A stretch of 32,000 bases of DNA from positions 1 through 32,000 of the forward strand of contig JAWBCC010000005.1 of NCBI GenBank assembly GCA_038823825.1. Reading direction: 5' to 3'. The stretch comes from Candidatus Hadarchaeales archaeon. GTDB taxonomy: Archaea > Hadarchaeota > Hadarchaeia > Hadarchaeales > Hadarchaeaceae. Positions 8,685-16,391 of this stretch are shown here, one piece after another. The number at the start of each line of letters is the position of its first letter. Within the stretch, counting starts at the first letter, position 1. The notes under the pieces are model-generated. The model had not been told where the DNA came from. It was given only the letters and a program-made list of their open reading frames with translations, and searched no databases. Position numbers and translations under genes: made by a program.

Positions 8685-9461
8685 ATGATTGAAGCTCTCA
8701 TCTTGGGTGGGCTTGGATTTTCATTTGGAGTAGTTCTGGTCTACCTTGCCAGAAAATTCGAGGTGAAGGTTGATGAAAGACTGGAGAAAATAGTCGAACT
8801 TCTCCCCGGAAAAAACTGTGGGACATGCGGTTTCGCAAATTGTGAAGAGATGGCCTCCGCTTCGCTAAAAGATCCAACATATTTGGAAAGATGTAGAGTT
8901 CTGGAACCGGATAACAGACGAAAAATCGAAGAAATTTTGGGGGTCAGCCTGCAAGATATTTCTAAGAAAATCGCAATTGTAGCATGTACTTTCCAAACTG
9001 AAAACAAGTTTAAATATGTCGGAGTTCAGACATGCGCGGCTGCTGTGCTTGTTTCAAGCGGTTTCAAAAAATGTAAGTATGCCTGTCTGGGTTTAGGGGA
9101 CTGTGTCAGAGTCTGTCCTTTTGATGCGATATCAATCTCCGAGGGTGAGGTCAAAATAGATAAAAACAAATGTGTTGGATGTGGTCTCTGCGTACAAACC
9201 TGTCCGAAGAACGTAATTAATCTCGTAAATGCGGGTGCGTACGTATTTGTTTCGTGCAGCTCTAGAGACAACGCAAAAACTGTTGTCGGCGTGTGCAAGA
9301 ATGGATGTATTGGATGCGGCCTATGCGCAAAGGCCTGTCCCGTCGGGGCGATAAAAATCGAAAACAACCTCGCGATCATAGATTATTCTATCTGTACTGG
9401 ATGCGGAAAGTGCGCTGAAGTTTGTCCTAGAAAAGTAATCTTCAAACTACGGACCAATTAA
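8685..9461 (+). CDS. rnfB: Rnf complex subunit B (polyferredoxin)
   Basis: An N-terminal TM helix (MIEALILGGLGFSFGVVLVYL) is followed by a CGTCGFANCEE cluster motif. Four CxxCxxCxxxCP ferredoxin motifs follow. ATG 8685 is preferred over the track start at 8664. Confidence 0.9.
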   Translation: MIEALILGGLGFSFGVVLVYLARKFEVKVDERLEKIVELLPGKNCGTCGFANCEEMASASLKDPTYLERCRVLEPDNRRKIEEILGVSLQDISKKIAIVACTFQTENKFKYVGVQTCAAAVLVSSGFKKCKYACLGLGDCVRVCPFDAISISEGEVKIDKNKCVGCGLCVQTCPKNVINLVNAGAYVFVSCSSRDNAKTVVGVCKNGCIGCGLCAKACPVGAIKIENNLAIIDYSICTGCGKCAEVCPRKVIFKLRTN

Positions 9462-11565
9462 CTTTGAGGATTTCTCCGGAAGATGAGACGATCAAGGCGC
9501 TCAGACCGAGATTTCTGATTAGCTCCGCTCCATTTTCAGGACCCATCACGAAAACCGCTGTGCTCAGAGCATCTGCATCTAGGCATGTTGAAGCAATGAC
9601 GGTGACGCTCATCGACAAATCTGCGGGATACCCAGTTCTAGGATCCACGATGTGATGAATTCTCTTTCCGCTTAAAAAGAAAAATCTTTGATAGTCTCCG
9701 GAAGTTGCCACAGCTGCGTTCTCGATCTCCAAGATTTCTACGAGCTTTGTTGGATTTCTCGGGTCCTGAACTCCTATTTTCCAGCGCTCTGTTCCCTTTC
9801 TCCCGAATGCCCTCATGTCTCCGCCTATGTCGACGAGGAAGTTTTCGACTCCGTAAGATGATAAAACCTCACAAGCTCTGTCAACCGCGTACCCCTTTGC
9901 TATTCCGCCGAGGGTAACTTTCATTCCTTCTTTCGCTAATTTTCCGGCATTTTCCGTAAGAAGAACAGCTGACCAGTCGACGAATTTTAAAACGTTTTCC
10001 AACTCATCTTGGCTAGGCATTCGTCCCGTTTCCCTCGTCTTTTTCATCCAAAGATCTACCAACGGCTTCACGGTTATGTCAAAACAACCGCCCGAAATCT
10101 TCGAATACTCTTTCGCTTTGCTTAGCACAAAAATCGTTTCTTGTGAGAGCGAAACCCAGTCGCCAGAGTTGTTGAGCGAATAAATCTCACTTTTTGGGTC
10201 GAATTCAGACATCAGAGAATCAATTCTCGAAATTTCGCGGAAGGCGGCGTCAACTGCTATCCTCGCGAGCTTCAAATTTTCATGGCAAACTGTTATCGTC
10301 GCATACGTGTCCATAATCAGTCTGGTCTCGCGAAGAATGTTTCCGGAGATTTCCGTTCGCTCCCCATAAATGTAGGCGACTGCAAGCAGAGAAATCGAAA
10401 AAATAAGCATGATGGCCAGACCCTGCAGAATTTTTTTATAAAAAACTGGTAGTCTGGGTTGTGAGACCGAAACCAAGGAAAACAAAGCGATTATCGAATG
10501 CATGGTAAGCACTGAGGCCGCGAGGCCGGTCACGCCGTAAAGATTTCCAAAAACAATCGCTGTGCCCAGCCAGACAGCAAGTCCAGCAATCTGTGACAGG
10601 AAAATCAGTTGAGGTCTTTTTCTACCATATAGTTCCGAGAACATGATGGCGGAAAGTGATGATGGAAATATTGCAAGTCCGGCTATCTGACATGCCTTCA
10701 CACCTTCCTGAAAGCTTGGGAAAACTTGCCGAACCAAGAGGGGAGATAACACAAAAACGATCAACGACAGAATTGCTGATAGAAGCAGTCCTTTTCTTTC
10801 AATTTTTCTAGTGTCTTCGCCGTTCGATTTCTTTGGAAGAAGATAAAAGAAGAAAATTTGGGAGACCACGGAAAACAAAACAAATATCCTATAAGCAAGT
10901 TGATAAACTGCAAGCGTGGACATCCCGAAGAGCATGCCTACTATAATTTTGTCGACGAACTGCATCGAGCCCGAAACAACATTTGAACCGAGAGCTCCAG
11001 CAGAAAAGGTTATCTCCTCCTTTGTTGGACTCTGCTTGGAAATTCTGAGAGAAAAAAGCGGGATCGAGAAAATGAGATGAGCCAGAGCAAATCCGAGAAG
11101 TATGTAGATCACTAGTCCGGAAAATCTGTACAGCAGAAAACCGAGAAATATGGATAAGGATTTTGAACCAAGCCACATCCACATATAACGGCCGTAGTCC
11201 TCTCTAGCAAGTTCGCGATGAACAGCGAGTGAAAAAAGGGAAAATCCGAGAGCCGAAATTCCAACTATCCAGTGAACAAAGAGAGAAAGTGCGATGGCAA
11301 TCCACACACTCGTGGCTAAAACTATCAGAAAGAACTTGGAAACTGTTTCTCCTTTCTTTCCAAACACAACGATGGTTTTTTCGAAACCGAGAAGGCAGAA
11401 AATTGAAGCAAACATCCCGATCGAGAAAAGCCAGCTCAGATATCCATATGCGTTAGGGTGTATGAGAGTTGCGAGAGAAATCCAGAACAGAGCACCCAAA
11501 AGCGACGCACCCAACTGGCCCGCAGTCACGTTAAGCAGACCTTCGGTCTTTGGCTGGTCCTCCAT
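9442..11565 (-). CDS. apbE: Fusion protein: a MOP/Wzx (polysaccharide-transporter-like) 12-TM domain, one linker TM helix and an ApbE FAD:protein FMN transferase domain
   Basis: I trimmed the 883-aa track ORF to ATG 11565 (MEDQPKTEG...), because its first 176 codons are antisense to nadX. Residues 1 to about 375 contain 12 hydrophobic helices and a Wzx/PST-like segment, SMQFVDKIIVGMLFGMSTLAVYQLAYRIF. A 13th helix (ILQGLAIMLIFSISLLAVAYIY) follows. The rest is an unmistakable ApbE domain: DTYATITV, LGGIAKGYAVD, VDIGGD, ATSGDYQRFF, HHIVDPRTGYP, DADALSTAVFV. Confidence 0.85.
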   Translation of the reverse strand: MEDQPKTEGLLNVTAGQLGASLLGALFWISLATLIHPNAYGYLSWLFSIGMFASIFCLLGFEKTIVVFGKKGETVSKFFLIVLATSVWIAIALSLFVHWIVGISALGFSLFSLAVHRELAREDYGRYMWMWLGSKSLSIFLGFLLYRFSGLVIYILLGFALAHLIFSIPLFSLRISKQSPTKEEITFSAGALGSNVVSGSMQFVDKIIVGMLFGMSTLAVYQLAYRIFVLFSVVSQIFFFYLLPKKSNGEDTRKIERKGLLLSAILSLIVFVLSPLLVRQVFPSFQEGVKACQIAGLAIFPSSLSAIMFSELYGRKRPQLIFLSQIAGLAVWLGTAIVFGNLYGVTGLAASVLTMHSIIALFSLVSVSQPRLPVFYKKILQGLAIMLIFSISLLAVAYIYGERTEISGNILRETRLIMDTYATITVCHENLKLARIAVDAAFREISRIDSLMSEFDPKSEIYSLNNSGDWVSLSQETIFVLSKAKEYSKISGGCFDITVKPLVDLWMKKTRETGRMPSQDELENVLKFVDWSAVLLTENAGKLAKEGMKVTLGGIAKGYAVDRACEVLSSYGVENFLVDIGGDMRAFGRKGTERWKIGVQDPRNPTKLVEILEIENAAVATSGDYQRFFFLSGKRIHHIVDPRTGYPADLSMSVTVIASTCLDADALSTAVFVMGPENGAELIRNLGLSALIVSSSGEILKVNWSVV

Positions 11566-11647
11566 CGGTTCTACTCTCTGTTCGAGAGACCAAATAACCC
11601 AAACGGATATTGGATTTTTATAAGAAGCTAAAAGAAAGAAATTCTCG

Positions 11648-12472
11648 ATGCTGGGAGTTGGAATAATCGGATGCGGCGCTCTCGGTAGCATCTTGGCAAA
11701 AGAGATAGACATAGAAGAGGCGGGAGAAGTGAGACTAGTCGGGGTTCTTGACAAAAAGATGGAAGCTGCAGAAAAACTCTCGAAAACACTTAGAAAAAAA
11801 CCGAAAATCTTCAAAACTATTGAAGAGATGCTCGCGGACAAGGAAATAGACATTGTGGTAGAAACCGCTTCGCAGGAGGCTGTCAAACAGTACTCCGAAA
11901 AGATATTGAAAGCCGGAAAAGATTTGGTGATTTTAAGTGTTGGAGCGCTGGCCGACAAAAAACTTCTTTCCTCGCTCATAAAGATCGCAAAAAAGACTGG
12001 AAAGAAGATATACGTTCCGTCGGGGGCGATCTTAGGAGTCGATGGGATAAAAGCAATAAGCATACGAGAAGTTGACGAGGTACTGATAATCACGAGAAAA
12101 CCGCCCAGAGCGCTCAGCTATAGCGAGTATGTCAAAAGAAAAAGAATTGATCTAAAAAAGATGAGGCATCCGAAGGTCATTTTTGAGGGACCAGCCAAGG
12201 AGGCCGTAAAATTCTTTCCAGCGAGTGTAAATGTGGCCGCAACGGTGAGTCTGGCTGGTGTCGGATTTGACAAAACCAAAGTGAAAATAATCGTGGACCC
12301 AACCCTGAAGAGAAACATACACGAAATACACATTAGGGGGGTTGCTGGCGAATATTCCATAATCGCCAAAAATTTACCTACGGCCGAGTCAGCCAAGACA
12401 AGCATGCTGGCAGCCCTCTCCACTGTGAGGCTTCTCAAGAGCTTGCAAGAGCCTCTCAAGATTGGTGAGTGA
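11648..12472 (+). CDS. nadX: L-aspartate dehydrogenase
   Basis: 274 aa. It has the Rossmann motif GIIGCGALGS, and VPSGAILGVDG, KPP, FEGPAKEAVKFFPASVNVAATV, NIHEIHI and AKTSMLAA. These are collinear with the Thermotoga TM1643-type NadX. Confidence 0.9.
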   Translation: MLGVGIIGCGALGSILAKEIDIEEAGEVRLVGVLDKKMEAAEKLSKTLRKKPKIFKTIEEMLADKEIDIVVETASQEAVKQYSEKILKAGKDLVILSVGALADKKLLSSLIKIAKKTGKKIYVPSGAILGVDGIKAISIREVDEVLIITRKPPRALSYSEYVKRKRIDLKKMRHPKVIFEGPAKEAVKFFPASVNVAATVSLAGVGFDKTKVKIIVDPTLKRNIHEIHIRGVAGEYSIIAKNLPTAESAKTSMLAALSTVRLLKSLQEPLKIGE

Positions 12473-12474
12473 TA

Positions 12475-13302
12475 ATGGATAGAAAACTCATCAGACAAAT
12501 GCTGAAAGAAGACGTCGGAAAAGGGGACATAACCTCAGAAATTCTCATTGGCAGGAAAGTTAGAGCAAAAGGAAAAATAATCACAAAACAAGACGGCGTG
12601 TTGGCCGGAGCAGAAGAAGCTTCTAGAATTTTTGCGGAAGTCGGTGTAAAATCGAAGATTCTGAGGAAAGATGGAGAGGAAATAAAGAAAGGCGATGTTG
12701 TAATGGAAGTCGAAGGACCAGCTAGGAAAATCCTCATGGCAGAAAGAATGGCCCTGAACGTGCTCATGCGAATGAGTGGTATAGCTACTGCAACAAAAAA
12801 GCTACTTGAACTTGCGAGAAGAAAAAATCCAAATATCATAATCGCTGCAACGAGAAAAACTGCCCCACTTTTGCTCGGGCTGGACAAAAAAGCTGTAATG
12901 ATCGGTGGAGGAAGTACCCACAGGAAAAACCTAAGTGAAATGATTTTAATAAAGGATAATCACCTAAAGCTCGTCGGATCCGTTGAACTGGCTGTAAGGA
13001 AAGCAAAAGAGGCCGGCAAAACTCCTGTCGAAGTTGAGGTAACAAATATCGAGGATGCCGTCAAAGCGGCAGAAGCGGGAGCAGACATAATTCTGCTCGA
13101 TAACATGAGCGTCGAAGAAGTGAAAGAAGTCACAAAACTCTTGAAGAGAAAAGGTTTGAGAGAAAAGGTCAAGCTAGAGGTTTCTGGTGGAATAGGCCCG
13201 GAGAATATATCTGACTATGCTGCAACTGGAGTCGACGTAATTTCCTCAAGTTACATGACGATGAAAGCTCCGGCGATTGACATGAGTTTGGAGATAGAGT
13301 AA
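12475..13302 (+). CDS. nadC: Nicotinate-nucleotide pyrophosphorylase (quinolinate phosphoribosyltransferase)
   Basis: Motifs GDITSE, ERMALNVLMRMSGIAT, ATRKT, KDNH, LDNMS and SGGI are present. The start is ATG 12475 or GTG 12469, overlapping the nadX stop. Confidence 0.9.
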   Translation: MDRKLIRQMLKEDVGKGDITSEILIGRKVRAKGKIITKQDGVLAGAEEASRIFAEVGVKSKILRKDGEEIKKGDVVMEVEGPARKILMAERMALNVLMRMSGIATATKKLLELARRKNPNIIIAATRKTAPLLLGLDKKAVMIGGGSTHRKNLSEMILIKDNHLKLVGSVELAVRKAKEAGKTPVEVEVTNIEDAVKAAEAGADIILLDNMSVEEVKEVTKLLKRKGLREKVKLEVSGGIGPENISDYAATGVDVISSSYMTMKAPAIDMSLEIE

Positions 13303-13307
13303 AAACC

Positions 13308-13556
13308 CTAGATATCAACGACCACTGCGGTGTTCGTGTCGACTATCCCTGCTATTTTGTGTATTTTCTCAATTATCACGCTGCTGAGGGTGTTCATATC
13401 CTTCGCTTCAACAAAGGCGATTATATCGTATGGCCCTGTGACCACGTGAACCGATTTCACGCCCTCGATTTTCGTTAACGCCTTGGCCACTTTCTTCACT
13501 TTTCCAATCGCTGCCGTTATCAAAATGTACGCCTCAGTCATTTTCTCTTTCGTCAT
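13308..13556 (-). CDS. Stand-alone Lrp/AsnC-type ligand-binding (RAM) domain protein
   Basis: AYILITAAIGKVKKVAKALTKIEGVKSVHVVTGPYDIIAFVEAKDMNTL matches the AsnC_trans_reg fold pattern, and there is no HTH domain. I prefer the start at ATG 13556 because GGAGGTG lies 7 nt upstream. The track ORF extends to 13577. Confidence 0.75.
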   Translation of the reverse strand: MTKEKMTEAYILITAAIGKVKKVAKALTKIEGVKSVHVVTGPYDIIAFVEAKDMNTLSSVIIEKIHKIAGIVDTNTAVVVDI

Positions 13557-13605
13557 TCTTTCCCACCTCCGTTCCATTATTTATTCGCACGTTAAATAAA
13601 AGCGA

Positions 13606-13869
13606 TTAGGTGGCCGGCCGAACCTCAAGCTTGATGCCTAAGACCAGCTCCGCGGCGCGCACAACAAGACCATTTTGACCAACAGCACGGCCGATCTTGT
13701 CTTTCGGGACATAAACGATTAATCCCTTATCTGTCTCCTCAACTCTTTCGATGGGAACATCGAGCATCGTCTTCAATTTTTGCAAAGTTTGTTCGTCCAT
13801 TTTTGGCCTTAAAGAATTCTCAGCAATTTTTAAAAGGATTGCTTGCTTTCGGTCAATGCCGAAAAGCAT
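13606..13869 (-). CDS. Small KH-domain (RNA-binding type) protein
   Basis: The KH GxxG loop is in KDKIGRAVGQNGLVVRAAE. The protein is 87 aa, or 64 aa from the alternative ATG 13800. It is co-directional with the RAM-domain gene, 28 bp upstream of it. Confidence 0.65.
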   Translation of the reverse strand: MLFGIDRKQAILLKIAENSLRPKMDEQTLQKLKTMLDVPIERVEETDKGLIVYVPKDKIGRAVGQNGLVVRAAELVLGIKLEVRPAT

Positions 13870-13937
13870 GCCACTCTTGTCTTTACTTGACTTGGAGGGG
13901 AAATTTAGATTATACGCCTCGTATATTCAATTTACAG

Positions 13938-14333
13938 ATGCACGAATGGGCTATCGCTGAAGGAATAGTCGCAACAGTCTTGAAGAGCTCTGGAGGAAAA
14001 AAAGTCAAAAAAGTAAAACTTCGAGTCGGTGAACTGCAACAAATAGATTTAGAAATCTTGGAATTCGCCGTTAAAGAAATTTCCAAGATCGAACAGGGAA
14101 AAGAAATAGCTGAAATCGACGTTGAGATCGAGAGAACAGAGTTTGAGTGCCACGAATGTCACAAAAGATGGCGCCTGCACCTTTCACGTTCGAATACAGA
14201 AATTGCGGAACTCGTACACTTCTTGCCTGAGAGCTCAAAGATTCACTTAAGATGTCCGCACTGTGGTTCGTCAGACTTTGAAATCTCCGGAGGTAGGGGA
14301 GTTTGTATAGAATCCTTCGTGATCCAAGAATAG
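13938..14333 (+). CDS. hypA: Hydrogenase nickel-insertion protein HypA
   Basis: The N-terminal Ni-binding signature MHEWAIAEGIV is present. Two CxxC pairs (CHECH ... CPHCG) are separated by a long insert, as in Thermococcales HypA. The track ORF's upstream extension from 13803 is rejected. Confidence 0.9.
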   Translation: MHEWAIAEGIVATVLKSSGGKKVKKVKLRVGELQQIDLEILEFAVKEISKIEQGKEIAEIDVEIERTEFECHECHKRWRLHLSRSNTEIAELVHFLPESSKIHLRCPHCGSSDFEISGGRGVCIESFVIQE

Positions 14334-14347
14334 AAGCGGCAAAACGC

Positions 14348-15028
14348 ATGATGTCTAGAGTAAAACGAATACTCTGTTTCGCCAGCGGAAAGGGGGGTGT
14401 GGGCAAAAGTGTGCTTTCATCAGCTTCTGCTCTGCTCCTTTCTTCGTCTGGGAGAAAAACAGGCTTGTTAGATCTGGACTTCCACGGGCCATCTGCACAC
14501 ACCATTCTCGGAGCGAGAGTTGGATTCGGAGAGAATAGAGGAATAATACCACACGAGTTCAACGGAATAAAAATAATGTCTATTGTTCCGTTTGCCGGAC
14601 GAAAACCGATCTTGTGGAGAGGGAGCGACATCTCTCAGTCCATCTTAGAGCTCTTGGCAATAACGAGATGGGGGGAACTTGACTTTTTGGTGATTGACAT
14701 GCCCCCTGGAACTGGTGAGGAGATTCTCGAAACCAGCAAAATTCTTGAGAGGGGGGAGTTTGTAATCGTGACTACTCCTTCTCTTCTTTCGATCGAAACT
14801 GTCAAGAGGTTGATTCTCGCTCTTAAAGAACTCGAAGTGGAAATCTCCGGAGTTATAGAAAACATGGGGGATGGCAATAAGGCCAAAAAACTCTCCAAGG
14901 AATACAAAATCAGGTTTCTTGGCAATGTGAGATATGATGAAAATCTGGAAAAAGCAATTGGAAAACCAAACAAACTTTTGAAAACCAAAATATCGAAAGA
15001 CCTTCAAAAGATACTGCAAATCCTATAG
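14348..15028 (+). CDS. Mrp/MinD-family P-loop ATPase, probably the HypB-type nickel-insertion partner of HypA
   Basis: It has the deviant Walker A motif GKGGVGKS, plus LLDLDFHGPS and DFLVIDMPPGTGE. The ApbC/Nbp35-type CxxC Fe-S ligand motif is absent. It lies 15 bp downstream of hypA. Confidence 0.8.
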   Translation: MMSRVKRILCFASGKGGVGKSVLSSASALLLSSSGRKTGLLDLDFHGPSAHTILGARVGFGENRGIIPHEFNGIKIMSIVPFAGRKPILWRGSDISQSILELLAITRWGELDFLVIDMPPGTGEEILETSKILERGEFVIVTTPSLLSIETVKRLILALKELEVEISGVIENMGDGNKAKKLSKEYKIRFLGNVRYDENLEKAIGKPNKLLKTKISKDLQKILQIL

Positions 15029-15039
15029 AAAAGAACTTT

Positions 15040-15702
15040 TTAGAAATCCAAACGGAGAGAAAACCAAGATTTTTCGGCATGATTCTGCAGAATCTGCAGG
15101 ATACCTTTAACATGCGCGGCTCCAACAACACACACGACTTTCTTATCGGAGTTTAGAAGAGGAAGCAGTCTATTTGCCATTATGACATTCCGCTGTTCAA
15201 CTAATATTTTGTACGTGAACGGAAAGAACTTTCTAAAATCCGACAAAAGCTTTTCCACCGTTTCCTCCTCCGTGAGATCGCTGATTTTCTTCTCGAAAGG
15301 CATGAAAAGAGAAAAAAGTATTTGAAGACCCATCAGAAACTTTTCCCTAAGCGGAATCCCCATCAGCTGTCGAATTGTTATCTCCATATCCTGATCGATC
15401 AGCATGATCAGAGCTCCCACTTTTCTAGCTTCCTCAATCGCTGTCAGCATTTCTTCTCCAATTGGTGAGCCCGTCAATTTTGCTAACCTTTCTTGAAAGA
15501 TGTAAATTAAACGGATAAGAATAGACGAATTCTGAGTCTTCCAAGTTCCGTAGGTTAGAGCATGATAGCGCGCTGGACAGAGTTCCAAACAGACAACCTC
15601 TGGTTTTTCTTTCGCTATCAATTCCCTAACTTCTCTCACGCTTTCTGGTAAAACATGTCCCACACCCAAGATTATGAAGCCATCTCTGACTTTTTTCAAC
15701 AC
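15040..15702 (-). CDS. TraB/PrgY/GumN-family protein
   Basis: ILGVGHVLPESVREVRELIAKEKPEVVCLELCPARY and VVGAAHVKGI are typical of the TraB family. Confidence 0.8.
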   Translation of the reverse strand: MLKKVRDGFIILGVGHVLPESVREVRELIAKEKPEVVCLELCPARYHALTYGTWKTQNSSILIRLIYIFQERLAKLTGSPIGEEMLTAIEEARKVGALIMLIDQDMEITIRQLMGIPLREKFLMGLQILFSLFMPFEKKISDLTEEETVEKLLSDFRKFFPFTYKILVEQRNVIMANRLLPLLNSDKKVVCVVGAAHVKGILQILQNHAEKSWFSLRLDF

Positions 15703-16352
15703 TGCCGTTCACCAACTTTGTAAATCAGAAGAAGATCTTTTCCAACTTTTTCTATACCAGTTAGTTTGAGCTTTATTCCCTTCTTGACGAGCGGAATTCC
15801 TTCACCTTCAACAAGCGTTTTGGCTCTTTCTCCTCCAACGATCACAGGAGCGATCGATATCCTTATCTCGTCCACCAAGCCATGCTTGAGCATCTCCCAA
15901 TTAAGAGTGGGTCCTCCTTCCAGAAGTATCTTTTTCACACCAAGCTCTGAAAGTTTCTCTAAAAGCTTTCTCAGATCTACTTTCGCTCCATCAAAGATCC
16001 AGACATCCACTCCGGTTTTCCTTATGCTCTCGACCTTTCTTCTGTTCGCCTCCGAGGAGACTGCAACTATCGTTTTCGGATCTCCCCGGAGAACTTTTGC
16101 AGAAAGTGGTATTCTCGCCTTACCATCGACCACTACTCTGATCGGGTTTTTGCCTTTCACTCTTCTAACCGTCAGAGAGGGATCGTCGGAGAGAATCGTT
16201 CCCGCTCCAACCATTACGGCATCAACCTCCGATCTGAGCTTGTGAAGTCTGTCCAAGTCCTCCTCGCAAGATATTCTACTGTCTCCACCGACGGTGACAA
16301 CTTTTCCGTCGACTGTAACGGCTGCGTTCATTATAACGTACGGTTTTTTCAT
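15696..16352 (-). CDS. ribD: 2,5-diamino-6-(ribosylamino)-4(3H)-pyrimidinone 5-phosphate reductase (RibD C-terminal type, riboflavin pathway)
   Basis: MKKPYVIMNAAVTVDGK, DAVMVGAGTILSDDPSLTVR and LLEGGPTLNWEML are present. There is no deaminase domain. Confidence 0.85.
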   Translation of the reverse strand: MKKPYVIMNAAVTVDGKVVTVGGDSRISCEEDLDRLHKLRSEVDAVMVGAGTILSDDPSLTVRRVKGKNPIRVVVDGKARIPLSAKVLRGDPKTIVAVSSEANRRKVESIRKTGVDVWIFDGAKVDLRKLLEKLSELGVKKILLEGGPTLNWEMLKHGLVDEIRISIAPVIVGGERAKTLVEGEGIPLVKKGIKLKLTGIEKVGKDLLLIYKVGERQC

Positions 16353-16391
16353 CCAAACAAAAACCGTGTCGCAGGGTTTAAACCGTTAAGG

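Noticed and set aside
10408-10410. Treating the ApbE domain as a separate gene starting at the internal ATG (MLIFSISLLAVAYIY...)
   Set aside because: This is not fully rejected. The frame is continuous with the upstream 12-TM domain, no SD-like sequence precedes this ATG, and there is no stop between the domains. The fusion is therefore the primary call. The alternative is listed in the finding as a test.
11566-12093. The N-terminal 176 codons of the 883-aa minus-strand track ORF (MIISTSSTSRMLIAF...)
   Set aside because: This stretch is antisense to the well-supported nadX gene. It has the Ser/Thr/Pro/Ile-rich look of an antisense reading and no recognisable domain. The MOP-like domain starts cleanly at ATG 11565.
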